This document shows positions 38,514 through 47,180 of a DNA stretch of 64,000 bases, in pieces. The number at the start of each line of letters is the position of its first letter. The stretch's first letter is position 1. This stretch comes from an uncultured Bacteroidales bacterium (GTDB lineage Bacteria > Bacteroidota > Bacteroidia > Bacteroidales > UBA10428), in assembly GCA_964503885.1 (NCBI GenBank), contig CAZDCD010000015.1:24663-88662 (forward strand), written 5' to 3'. Under the pieces are notes generated by a model. It was not told where the DNA came from, did no database searches, and saw only the letters and a list, made by a program, of their open reading frames with translations. Both the position numbers and the translations under genes were made by a program.

Positions 38514-38545
38514 TCCTGCTGTGTTTTTCCTCAATTTGTGCCAAC

Positions 38546-38578
38546 GAAAAAGTCCCGGGTTTCCGGGACTTTTTTTTA
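38546..38578. terminator. bidirectional intrinsic terminator between amt and trpB2
   Basis: aaaaAGTCCCGG-gttt-CCGGGACTttttttt, with A-run and T-run flanks on both sides. Confidence 0.85.
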
Positions 38579-38590
38579 TGTTTCAACCTG

Positions 38591-39964
38591 TTATTTTGTA
38601 GCCTGCGGTTTCGGATAATCTTTGATCGCTTCAAGATTCTTGGCAATGACCTCTTCGGGCAGGTCATAGTTTTCAAGCTGTCCGGTGAGGTATTTGTCAT
38701 AACCGGTCAGATCCAATAAGCCGTGTCCGCTGAAATTAAAGAGGATCACTTTCTCCTTTCTTTCTTCTTTTGCCTTTTTTGCTTCCTGGATGGCAGCAGC
38801 GATGGCATGTGTAGTTTCCGGGGCGGGAATGATTCCTTCGGTCTTGGCAAACAGGATACCGGCCTCATAGCATTCGAGCTGGTGAATTGCCCTGGGGGAA
38901 ATTAACCCCTCTACCGCAGCCTTGCTGACAAGAGGAGCCATACCATGATACCTCAGGCCTCCTGCATGGATCGGGGGAGGAACAAATGCATGTCCCAGCG
39001 AATGCATGGCGACAAGCGGTGTCATTTTTGCGGTATCTCCATGGTCATATACATAGGGTGCCCTGGTAAGCGTCGGACACGAAGCCGGTTCTACCGGAAT
39101 AATTTCAATGGAAGCCCCGTTGATCTTATCGTAAACAAAAGGAAACGAAAGACCGGCAAAGTTGCTTCCCCCGCCCGCGCAGGCAATAACAATATCCGGC
39201 TTTTTTATACCTGCTTTTTCTAATTGTTTTTTGGCTTCCAACCCTATTATGGTCTGATGCATCATCACATGATTTAGCACCGAACCCAGTGAATACCGTG
39301 TTTGTCCGCTTTTATCCGTAACTGCCGCTTCGATAGCCTCACTGATGGCTATACCCAGACTTCCAGGGGTATCAGGAAATTGCTCCAGGATACTTCTGCC
39401 TGCCTGGGTTTCTGTGCTCGGGCTTGCCACACAGGTGGCCCCCCAGGTCTGCATCATCAGTTTTCTGTACGGTTTCTGATCAAAGCTGACCCTCACCATA
39501 AAGACTTTGCATTCGAGCCCGATAAGTGAACAGGCAAATGCAAGCGCACTACCCCACTGCCCTGCACCAGTTTCGGTAGACAGTCTTTTAATCCCAAACT
39601 CTTTATTATACCATGCCTGAGCCACAGCGGTGTTGGGCTTATGGCTGCCGGCCGGCGACAAGCTTTCGTTTTTGTAAAATATCCTGGCCGGTGTGTCCAG
39701 GGCTTCCTCAAGGTTATACGCCCGATGCAGCGGAGAGGGCCTCCAACGCGTTAAAATATCCAATATCCCTTCCGGAATGTCAATCCACCTCTGCGTACTG
39801 TATTCCTGTTCAACAAGATTCATAGGAAAAACCGGTCCCCAGGCTTCGGGAGGGACAGGCCCATCGGGACTCATAAAGGGCTCAACCTTAATGTCGGCAG
39901 CCAGGTTATACCACTTCCTTGGCATTTCATCCTCAGTGAGGTAAATTTTGCGAATTCTGGTCAT
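38591..39964 (-). CDS. TrpB-like PLP-dependent enzyme (tryptophan synthase beta, type 2 / TrpB2 class)
   Basis: 457 aa with the N-terminal extension ..[12 protein letters not shown].. typical of TrpB2. PLP-Lys context [13 protein letters not shown] and [10 protein letters not shown]. No other trp genes are nearby. Confidence 0.8.
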   Translation of the reverse strand: MTRIRKIYLTEDEMPRKWYNLAADIKVEPFMSPDGPVPPEAWGPVFPMNLVEQEYSTQRWIDIPEGILDILTRWRPSPLHRAYNLEEALDTPARIFYKNESLSPAGSHKPNTAVAQAWYNKEFGIKRLSTETGAGQWGSALAFACSLIGLECKVFMVRVSFDQKPYRKLMMQTWGATCVASPSTETQAGRSILEQFPDTPGSLGIAISEAIEAAVTDKSGQTRYSLGSVLNHVMMHQTIIGLEAKKQLEKAGIKKPDIVIACAGGGSNFAGLSFPFVYDKINGASIEIIPVEPASCPTLTRAPYVYDHGDTAKMTPLVAMHSLGHAFVPPPIHAGGLRYHGMAPLVSKAAVEGLISPRAIHQLECYEAGILFAKTEGIIPAPETTHAIAAAIQEAKKAKEERKEKVILFNFSGHGLLDLTGYDKYLTGQLENYDLPEEVIAKNLEAIKDYPKPQATK

Positions 39965-39991
39965 CGTTATTTTGTTTTAGGTTTATGTTAT

Positions 39992-40112
39992 AAAAAAAGG
40001 CATGTTGCAACAACATGCCTTATAAATATTCTGATGTACAACATGTTGTTGTTTACAGGCAACAACAGAAGTACCAATACAATGTCGCTCTACTAAATTG
40101 GAAATTAAACAC
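39992..40112 (-). promoter_or_regulatory. attenuator-like leader with three alternative helices, a terminator and a 19-codon leader ORF
   Basis: On the minus-strand RNA: segment 1 UGUUGUUG, segment 2 CAACAACAUGUUG, segment 3 AAGGCAUGUUG(UUG), segment 4 CAACAUGCCUU followed by U7. The 1:2, 2:3 and 3:4 pairings are mutually exclusive. The ORF GTG(40112)..TAA(40053) encodes MFNFQFSRATLYWYFCCCL. Confidence 0.6.
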
Positions 40113-40301
40113 CTATTGTTGTTTCCCACAAATATAATTATTCCTGACATAAATCCCATTTCCTGCATTAATTTGAATTCAATTTAAATAATTATGCAGG
40201 AAACATGGAGACCGATTTATCCCCGAATGCCCAGGGCAATGCTTACCTGCATGCAGGCGGTATAGCATACCCTTTTATAAAGAAGTTCGTATTTTTGCGA
40301 T

Positions 40302-40784
40302 ATGAAATGCAACATCAGGATGCTGCAGGATCATGAACTGTATTTCCTGCGGGAAATGCTCTATGCGGCAATATTTATACGCTCGGATTCAGGTCCGTTG
40401 CCGGAATCAATAGTCGACCGGCCCGAATTGTCGAAATATTACAGGAACTGGGGACGAATGGGAGATATAGCATTTGTGGCAGATGTCAGGGATAACCTTG
40501 CAGGTGCTGCCTGGTGCAGGTTATTCGACGAACCGGATCCCGGGTATGGTTTTATTTCTGATACAATTCCTGAAATCAGCATGGCTGTGAAGCCCGAATA
40601 CCGGAATATAGGGGTCGGAAGCTGGCTGCTTGACTGCCTTTGTGATGAGGCGCGGAAACAGCACATTCATTTTCTGTCACTGAATGTGGATAAGCTGAAC
40701 CCTGCCCTGAACTTATATCTCAGGAAAGGATTTGAAGCCGTAAAAGAAGGCGGCACTTCAATTACTATGAAAAAAGCGTTATAA
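40302..40784 (+). CDS. GNAT-family N-acetyltransferase
   Basis: AVKPEYRNIGVGSWLL (motif A R-x-x-G-x-G), 160 aa. Confidence 0.75.
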   Translation: MKCNIRMLQDHELYFLREMLYAAIFIRSDSGPLPESIVDRPELSKYYRNWGRMGDIAFVADVRDNLAGAAWCRLFDEPDPGYGFISDTIPEISMAVKPEYRNIGVGSWLLDCLCDEARKQHIHFLSLNVDKLNPALNLYLRKGFEAVKEGGTSITMKKAL

Positions 40785-40817
40785 AAAGGGGTACTTGTCT
40801 GATAGCAAGGCACAAAT

Positions 40818-41330
40818 CTATTCCTGAATCGAATACACCATCAACACATTTCCGTGCCTGATGTAAAGTATTTTGTCGCTTATTACCGGATGAGCCCTGA
40901 AAGGTCATTCTCCCCGCGCTTTTGTCCAGGGCGACCATGGTTGTTCTGGATCCGCCCGGTGTATATATTACTTTGTCGTCAACGATTAAAAGCGATACAC
41001 AAATACCCCATTCACCATGTTTTCCTTCGAAATGTTTAAAGGCCTCCATCCCCCAGATTTGTTTACCGTTTGCCGCATCGATATATGAAATCTCTCCTTG
41101 TCCGCTTAACACATACACACGGTCATTTTCGACTGTAGGCGTGCATCTCGATTCCGCAAACGACTTATTCCAGGACCTCCCGTATGGAACCTGCCAGATT
41201 ATCTTTCCTCCATATCGAAGGCAGAGAGATAATCAAGTGTATCGATCATCCCAGATAAAAGGCTTAGGGACAGATTGCATATTATTTCCTTGCCCTGGTT
41301 TGCATAGACCAGACCAAACTTTTAAATAAT
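40818..41330 (-). pseudogene. decayed PQQ-like beta-propeller repeat protein
   Basis: One frame gives ..YGGKIIWQVPYGRSWNKSFAESRCTPTVENDRVYVLSGQGEISYIDAANGKQIW..VIYTPGGSRTTMVALDK. The expected C-terminus PVISDKILYIRHGNVLMVYSIQE* is in a different frame, about 100 nt downstream. No intact N-terminus is present. Confidence 0.65.
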
Positions 41331-41735
41331 GTGAGTTTCATTACTGACGGATTTAAAGGTTATCTTATGAAAATCTTCAGTAACGCTCAATCTTTTAGAA
41401 TTTTCCATCACTTAATCTTATCCTTTTCTCCTTGGATGAGAAAAGGATCAATCCCGATTTAGAACTTGTAAGGTTTTGAAAACCAAAACATACAGGGTTC
41501 TTTATCGGGACAAGGCAAAAGAACTATTCTCACGACCGAAGGGAGTAATCAAGGCAAAACGATGGCGTTGCGTAAATGTCCATTAATTAAATTTTTTTCA
41601 AACAGAGAAAATGACTAATATAATGGAATATAAACAGTTGTAAATTTTTATTTAACTCAAAGAAATCAGGTATTTCTTCTAGCATGATTAAAAAAAATTC
41701 ATTTACGTCAGATTCTTCATATTCTTCCAGAAAGA

Positions 41736-42614
41736 TTATTCTTTGCTCCCTATTTCTTTGACAATTTGTTTGAGAAATTCCCTGAAGGGCACGGCAAATT
41801 CATGGCGTTTCAGCGCAAATTCCACGGTTGTTTTCAGAAAATCGAGTTTATTACCGATATCGTAACGTTTGCCTTCAATGGTCTGGGCAATCATATTTTC
41901 GCTTTTCATCAATAGCCGCAGTGCATCGGTGAGCTGAATTTCGTTTCCCTTACCTCTGGGTGTTTTTTCCAGGGCACCGAAAATCTCGGGAGTAAGGATA
42001 TACCTGCCTGCAATAGCCAGATTCGAAGGCGCCTGCTTTACCGATGGTTTTTCGATCAGCTCGTTGAGTTGCATCAGCTTATCGCTTATTTTTTGTCCCC
42101 CGACAATACCATACCTCGATACTTTTTCCATCGGAACTGTTTCAACGGCAATTACCGTTTGCCTGTATTGTTCGTATGTGTCAATCAATTGTTGTGTAAC
42201 GGGGATTACAGAATCGATGATCGTATCGCCCAGCAGCACCGCAAACGGCTCATTACCGCAGTGAAAGCGTGCATGATATATCGCATCTCCCAATCCATTT
42301 AACTCTTTCTGCCTGATAAAGTGAATGTTCGCCATCTCTTCGATATGCCTGAGCTGGGTATATATTACTTCATCTTCTTTCTCCTGAATCCGGGTTTCGA
42401 GCTCAATATTCCGGTCGAAATGGTCTTCGATCGATCGTTTTCCCTTACCGGAAATAATAAGGATATCCTCAATACCAGCATCCACACACTCCTGAACGAC
42501 ATACTGTATAACGGGCGTATCAATAATCGGAAGCATTTCTTTTGGCTGGGCTTTCGTCGCCGGCAGGAAGCGTGTGCCAAAGCCTGCAGCCGGAATAACC
42601 GCTTTTTTAACCAT
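41736..42614 (-). CDS. galU: UTP--glucose-1-phosphate uridylyltransferase
   Basis: KAVIPAAGFGTRFLPATKAQPKEMLPI signature, 292 aa. Confidence 0.9.
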   Translation of the reverse strand: MVKKAVIPAAGFGTRFLPATKAQPKEMLPIIDTPVIQYVVQECVDAGIEDILIISGKGKRSIEDHFDRNIELETRIQEKEDEVIYTQLRHIEEMANIHFIRQKELNGLGDAIYHARFHCGNEPFAVLLGDTIIDSVIPVTQQLIDTYEQYRQTVIAVETVPMEKVSRYGIVGGQKISDKLMQLNELIEKPSVKQAPSNLAIAGRYILTPEIFGALEKTPRGKGNEIQLTDALRLLMKSENMIAQTIEGKRYDIGNKLDFLKTTVEFALKRHEFAVPFREFLKQIVKEIGSKE

Positions 42615-42616
42615 AA

Positions 42617-43612
42617 CTAAATAATATAAGGTTTAATTACTCGTGCCTTAATTTTTTTAAGGTTGACCACTAGCTTGTTCAACATTTCATTATCGGTATA
42701 CATCCCTATGATGGCTCCTCCGGAGCCTGAAAATTTGGCAGACGCACCACAGTTTCTTGCAACAGAAACCATTTCGAGATTGCTGCCGGATATGTTCATG
42801 ATCTTGCACCTCAGGTCAAAATTCAGATTGATCAGTTCGTTCAGCAGTGCATAATTGCGATTGTTAATGACCTCCTTACCTTTGTCGGCCAGGGAGGCTA
42901 TCTCTGCAAGCGTTGAGCAGACAAGTTCATCACCGCTGTCATACCGCTGTTTTATGGTATTCAGTACTTTGCCGGAGACTTTCCCAAGTTGGGTTTTGTA
43001 GGCGAGGTAAAACCTTGGAAGATTCTGCGGATCAATGGCAATATATTTTCCATGCCGGTTTTTTTCAAGGTATTTCTTATTGAAATCCATATACACACAA
43101 CCTTCGTATACCTGGATGACCCTGTCCTGAAGCCCTGCATTGATACCCAGCTCTTCAACTTCGGCCGATAAAATGACCGAAGGGAGCTCAGGCATCGGGA
43201 TATCCACATCATAAAAACGCATCAGGGCACGCATAGTGGCCGTAATAATGGCACTTGAACCTGCCAATCCTACTTGCCGGGGTATCGACGACTGGTAACG
43301 GATCGTGAAATTCTTGTTCGTCAACCTGATGGAATGGTTCAGGCAGTTTTCATGAAATGTCTTAATAGCGGCCTTAATCAGACGATCACCGCCATAATAT
43401 CCTGTAAGGTTAACTGATTCAACAAGGTGGTGTATGTTCCTGAATGCATTGCGATCGACCTCCTGGGGTTCAATGACAAGCTCCGGGGATTCATACAGCG
43501 AAACGATGGCTCCAAAGTTTCTGATAATTATTGAGATCGTTTTCCCGTAATAACCGTCCGAGGGATTACCAAGCAATCCCGCTCTGGCGTATGCCCTTGA
43601 TTCAATGATCAT
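42617..43612 (-). CDS. GHMP-family sugar kinase (glucuronokinase-like)
   Basis: ARAGLLGNPSDGY and the GHMP motif GLAGSSAIITA. It ends 2 nt from the galU start, so the two are probably co-transcribed. Confidence 0.65.
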   Translation of the reverse strand: MIIESRAYARAGLLGNPSDGYYGKTISIIIRNFGAIVSLYESPELVIEPQEVDRNAFRNIHHLVESVNLTGYYGGDRLIKAAIKTFHENCLNHSIRLTNKNFTIRYQSSIPRQVGLAGSSAIITATMRALMRFYDVDIPMPELPSVILSAEVEELGINAGLQDRVIQVYEGCVYMDFNKKYLEKNRHGKYIAIDPQNLPRFYLAYKTQLGKVSGKVLNTIKQRYDSGDELVCSTLAEIASLADKGKEVINNRNYALLNELINLNFDLRCKIMNISGSNLEMVSVARNCGASAKFSGSGGAIIGMYTDNEMLNKLVVNLKKIKARVIKPYII

Positions 43613-43739
43613 ACTTGAAAAAGTTTCATATACGGCACGAAATTAAGGTATTCAAAATATTTTACAATACCCCTGATCAATAAAAAACAGGATAAAATCA
43701 AAAAGCATGCAGCATTGAATTTGCCTTAACGAGTATTAA

Positions 43740-44315
43740 TTGCTAATTTTAGGCCATTTAAATGGTTTGAATTTGAACAATAAACTGGACATAATTCTTG
43801 AAAAGCTGAAAGCGGGCGATGAGAAATTCTACCGCGGTATTTTTCTTGAATATTATCCGCCGCTAACCTATTATGCCAATAAAATGATCAATGATCTTGA
43901 TGTGGCCAAAGAAATCGTTCAGGAAGTGTTTGTGAGGATCTATGAAAAAAGGTATGCATTGCATATTGATACCTCGTTCAAGTCATATCTTTACAAAGCT
44001 GTATATAACAGCTGCCTGAACCATATCAATCATATAAACATCAGGGATCATCATCACCAGATCATCAGGGATGATCTTACCGAGTTCTCTTCAGTCGTGG
44101 ATGATGAAATGAACCGTAATGAACTTGAACACAGAATATATTCCGAGATCGAGAAACTGCCCGGCCAATGCAGAAAAATATTCAAAATGAACCGGTTTGA
44201 CGGATTGAGCAATCATGAAATTGCTGAACAGCTCCATCTTTCAAAAAGAACAGTTGAAACACAAATAAGCAAAGCCATGAAAACACTTCGTAAAAAGCTG
44301 GTTAACTACTTATGA
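43740..44315 (+). CDS. ECF (sigma-70 family) RNA polymerase sigma factor
   Basis: Region 2 ..YYANKMI..AKEIVQEVF.. and the region 4 HTH LSNHEIAEQLHLSKRTVETQISKA. The start is uncertain (TTG at 43740, or downstream TTGs at 43767 or 43773). Confidence 0.8.
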   Translation: MLILGHLNGLNLNNKLDIILEKLKAGDEKFYRGIFLEYYPPLTYYANKMINDLDVAKEIVQEVFVRIYEKRYALHIDTSFKSYLYKAVYNSCLNHINHINIRDHHHQIIRDDLTEFSSVVDDEMNRNELEHRIYSEIEKLPGQCRKIFKMNRFDGLSNHEIAEQLHLSKRTVETQISKAMKTLRKKLVNYL

Positions 44316-44421
44316 ACCAGAGTGTGTTTTACAATATTGCCTTTTTTGAATTGTATTACGAAATACGTGTTTATACAATTATATGTGTCATAGGATTGAA
44401 AAAAAGAAAATCATTCTTCAA

Positions 44422-45387
44422 ATGGATATAGATTTCATCGTCAGGTATCTTGCCACAGAAGTTTCGGCTAAAGATAAAGAACAGATTGAACAGTGGATGA
44501 AGGTCAGCTCAAAAAACCGTGAAAAAATAGAACAGTACAAAAAGATTTGGGAAACATCGGTATTCCTCGGTAAATTCGATGAGATCGATGAGACCACTGA
44601 CTGGTACCTGATACGGAACAGGTTCAAACCCAAGTACTCCCTCCGGGTTCATCATATACCTGCATGGAAATATTTAATCAGGGCAGCTGCTGTTATTGTT
44701 GTAGCTGTAGGCCTGGTTTATGGCCTTTATTTTGTTGTTTCATCCACACAGAAGGCAGAAAAGATCTCTGAATTCACGACCGACGCGGTAAAAACGGTTG
44801 AACTTCCTGATGGCACGCAGGTCACATTAAACAGGAATTCCTACCTGACTTACACATCAGCATTTGGCATCAGAAACCGCGTAATCACCATGAGGGGTGA
44901 AGGCTATTTTGATGTAAGCAGGGATACCGAGCATCCTTTTACCATCAATACCAGCGCCTCCACCATTCAGGTAGTTGGCACCAAACTGAATATCAGGGAG
45001 GATACATCAACCGTTAAGGTTACCGTTCTTTCAGGCAAAGTCAGGTTTTTTGAGAAAGAAAACAAAGAAAATGGCGTAGATCTTTCAAAAAACCAAACCG
45101 CATCATTCAATGCTGCCACGAAAAAAATTATTTACGGAACCAATGACGACTTGAATTTTCTTACATGGAAAACCGGCAGGTTTGAATTTATAAAAACGCC
45201 CACAACTGATGCACTCAATACTATTGCGGATTACTTTGATAAACAGCTTATCATTCAGACCAGCATTCACGACAGCATAACCGGAGTTTTCGACAACCAG
45301 CCTTTAAATGAGATTTTGAAAGAAATAGCGCTTACAACATCACTAAAAATTGATAATGCACCTGAATATATAATTATAAGAAAATAA
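44422..45387 (+). CDS. FecR-family anti-sigma factor / transmembrane sensor
   Basis: An N-terminal anti-sigma segment, one TM helix (AAAVIVVAVGLVYGLYFVV), a FecR domain (..TVELPDGTQVTLNRNS..MRGEGYF) and a C-terminal DUF4974-like part. The start is taken at MDIDF (44422). Confidence 0.8.
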   Translation: MDIDFIVRYLATEVSAKDKEQIEQWMKVSSKNREKIEQYKKIWETSVFLGKFDEIDETTDWYLIRNRFKPKYSLRVHHIPAWKYLIRAAAVIVVAVGLVYGLYFVVSSTQKAEKISEFTTDAVKTVELPDGTQVTLNRNSYLTYTSAFGIRNRVITMRGEGYFDVSRDTEHPFTINTSASTIQVVGTKLNIREDTSTVKVTVLSGKVRFFEKENKENGVDLSKNQTASFNAATKKIIYGTNDDLNFLTWKTGRFEFIKTPTTDALNTIADYFDKQLIIQTSIHDSITGVFDNQPLNEILKEIALTTSLKIDNAPEYIIIRK

Positions 45388-45433
45388 CTAAATTTAGGAG
45401 ATTGTTTTCCTGCCTAACCCTAACTAGAATGAC

Positions 45434-47005
45434 ATGACAACAGGTAACCGGAAATACAAGTGTATTCTGCTGATTGCTTTATTTCTGATGCTGGCTGCAG
45501 GTAATGGCTTTTCGCAGCGATCGTTGCTTGACAAACGGGTTAAAATCAAATCGACTTCAGGAACCATCGAGAAAATCCTCGATGAAATAAGCACTTCCGG
45601 CGGATTTACCTTCACCTACAGTTCAGTTATACCGCTAAACAAGATCATCGAACTCGGAAACAACAAGCAAACAGTACAGGCTTTCCTGAATGAGATCTTC
45701 AAAGATGACCTTATCCGGTTTTACCCTAAAAAAGATAAAATACTACTGGTTCCCTACCTGAAATCGGATGTCAATAAACTGCAAAAAATCACCGGACAGG
45801 TTCTTGAAAAAGGAACCAATGAACCCCTGGAATTTGCCAATATTTTCATGCTGAACAGAAACATGGGTACTATTTCCAACAACAACGGAAAATTTATGTT
45901 GAACTTTAAAACGTGCCGGGAAACCGATACACTCTGTATTTCAAGCCTGGGTTACAAGCCGGTTAAAATACCAATGAACAGCATCGACAGCACCTTTATT
46001 ACCATAAAATTAATTCCGGAGATTCTCAGCATCAAAGAGGTAAGAATTTCTCCTATTGAGCCGCTTGATCTGATCAGGAAAGCATTGGATAACATAAAAA
46101 CCAATTACGATGAAAAACCCTGTCTGCTTACTGCGTTTTTCAGGGAATCCACCAAAAAAGACAACATATACATTTCACTGTCCGAAGCGCTGCTAAAGAT
46201 CTATAAAGAACCGTATTTATCCTTTAGGAACGACCAGATTAAAATTGAAAAGGGTAGAAAGGGCTCCAACATAGCTTCTCAGGAATACATTAATTATATT
46301 GTACAAGGTGGATTGTATAATAATTTCAGGCTCGATCTTGTAAAATACGGCATCAATTTTCTTGATAAGGATTATTTTGATTATTATTCCTATAAACTCG
46401 ATAAGATCTCGAGATACCGTGGTTTGCCGGTATATATAATCCGGTTTGATCAGAAAGATATTTTCGATTACCCGTGCTATACAGGAAAGATCTATATTGA
46501 CAAAGAATCACTGGCAATAGTAAATGTGGAATTTGAGCTGAGTCCCAAAAGCCTTGACTTTGCCCGTGATCTTTATATTATACGAACCCCTCATTCTGTG
46601 AAGGTAAAACCGTTGTCGGCGGAATACAAGGTGAATTACCGGAAAACCGGTGACCGGTGGAATCTCGACTATGTGATGAGTGAAGTAAGAATTTATGTGA
46701 AGAGTGATTATAAGCGCAAAAGAAGGAACAAAATGTCATCGATTTTTACATCAAAATCGGAGTACGTGATCACCGATAAAGACACAGCCAATGTGAATGA
46801 GCGGTTTAAATTCAAGGAAGTCTCAAAACCCGATGATATCCTGGTGAAGCAGATTGTGGAAACCGATGAGGATTTTTGGGGAGAAGACAATATAATCCTT
46901 CCCGAAGAACCGCTCGTGGAAACGATAAACAAGATCAATAAAAAGAACCTGTTGCCGGAACCGGAAATACCTGTTGCAACCTCAGAAGAACCCCGCCTCC
47001 CCTAA
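45434..47005 (+). CDS. STN-like plus carboxypeptidase-regulatory-like domain protein (no TonB-dependent barrel)
   Basis: Signal peptide. STN-like KIKSTSGTIEKILDEISTSGGFTFTYS and CarbopepD_reg-like ITGQVLEKGTNEPLEFANIFM. At 523 aa it is too short for a TonB-dependent transporter. Confidence 0.6.
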   Translation: MTTGNRKYKCILLIALFLMLAAGNGFSQRSLLDKRVKIKSTSGTIEKILDEISTSGGFTFTYSSVIPLNKIIELGNNKQTVQAFLNEIFKDDLIRFYPKKDKILLVPYLKSDVNKLQKITGQVLEKGTNEPLEFANIFMLNRNMGTISNNNGKFMLNFKTCRETDTLCISSLGYKPVKIPMNSIDSTFITIKLIPEILSIKEVRISPIEPLDLIRKALDNIKTNYDEKPCLLTAFFRESTKKDNIYISLSEALLKIYKEPYLSFRNDQIKIEKGRKGSNIASQEYINYIVQGGLYNNFRLDLVKYGINFLDKDYFDYYSYKLDKISRYRGLPVYIIRFDQKDIFDYPCYTGKIYIDKESLAIVNVEFELSPKSLDFARDLYIIRTPHSVKVKPLSAEYKVNYRKTGDRWNLDYVMSEVRIYVKSDYKRKRRNKMSSIFTSKSEYVITDKDTANVNERFKFKEVSKPDDILVKQIVETDEDFWGEDNIILPEEPLVETINKINKKNLLPEPEIPVATSEEPRLP

Positions 47006-47180
47006 CCTGTTTTCCTGTATGTATATTCAGCCTGATAACCAAGTCAGGTTAATAGACCGGAATCAGAGCAGGCCACATAAACTGAAATTTGTTTCAATGG
47101 GGTAAATTTTCTGTGTTAAAAGTACCGAATTTTGTATGTAAACTCCTTATTTTTGAGCATCAAACAACTGCTTTAGTCCA

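Noticed and set aside
39983-40168. The 61-aa ORF on the minus strand covering the whole trpB2 leader.
   Set aside because: It reads straight through the terminator hairpin and has no protein-like features. The region is better explained as a structured attenuator with a shorter 19-codon leader ORF in another frame. I cannot fully exclude that this frame is the one translated.
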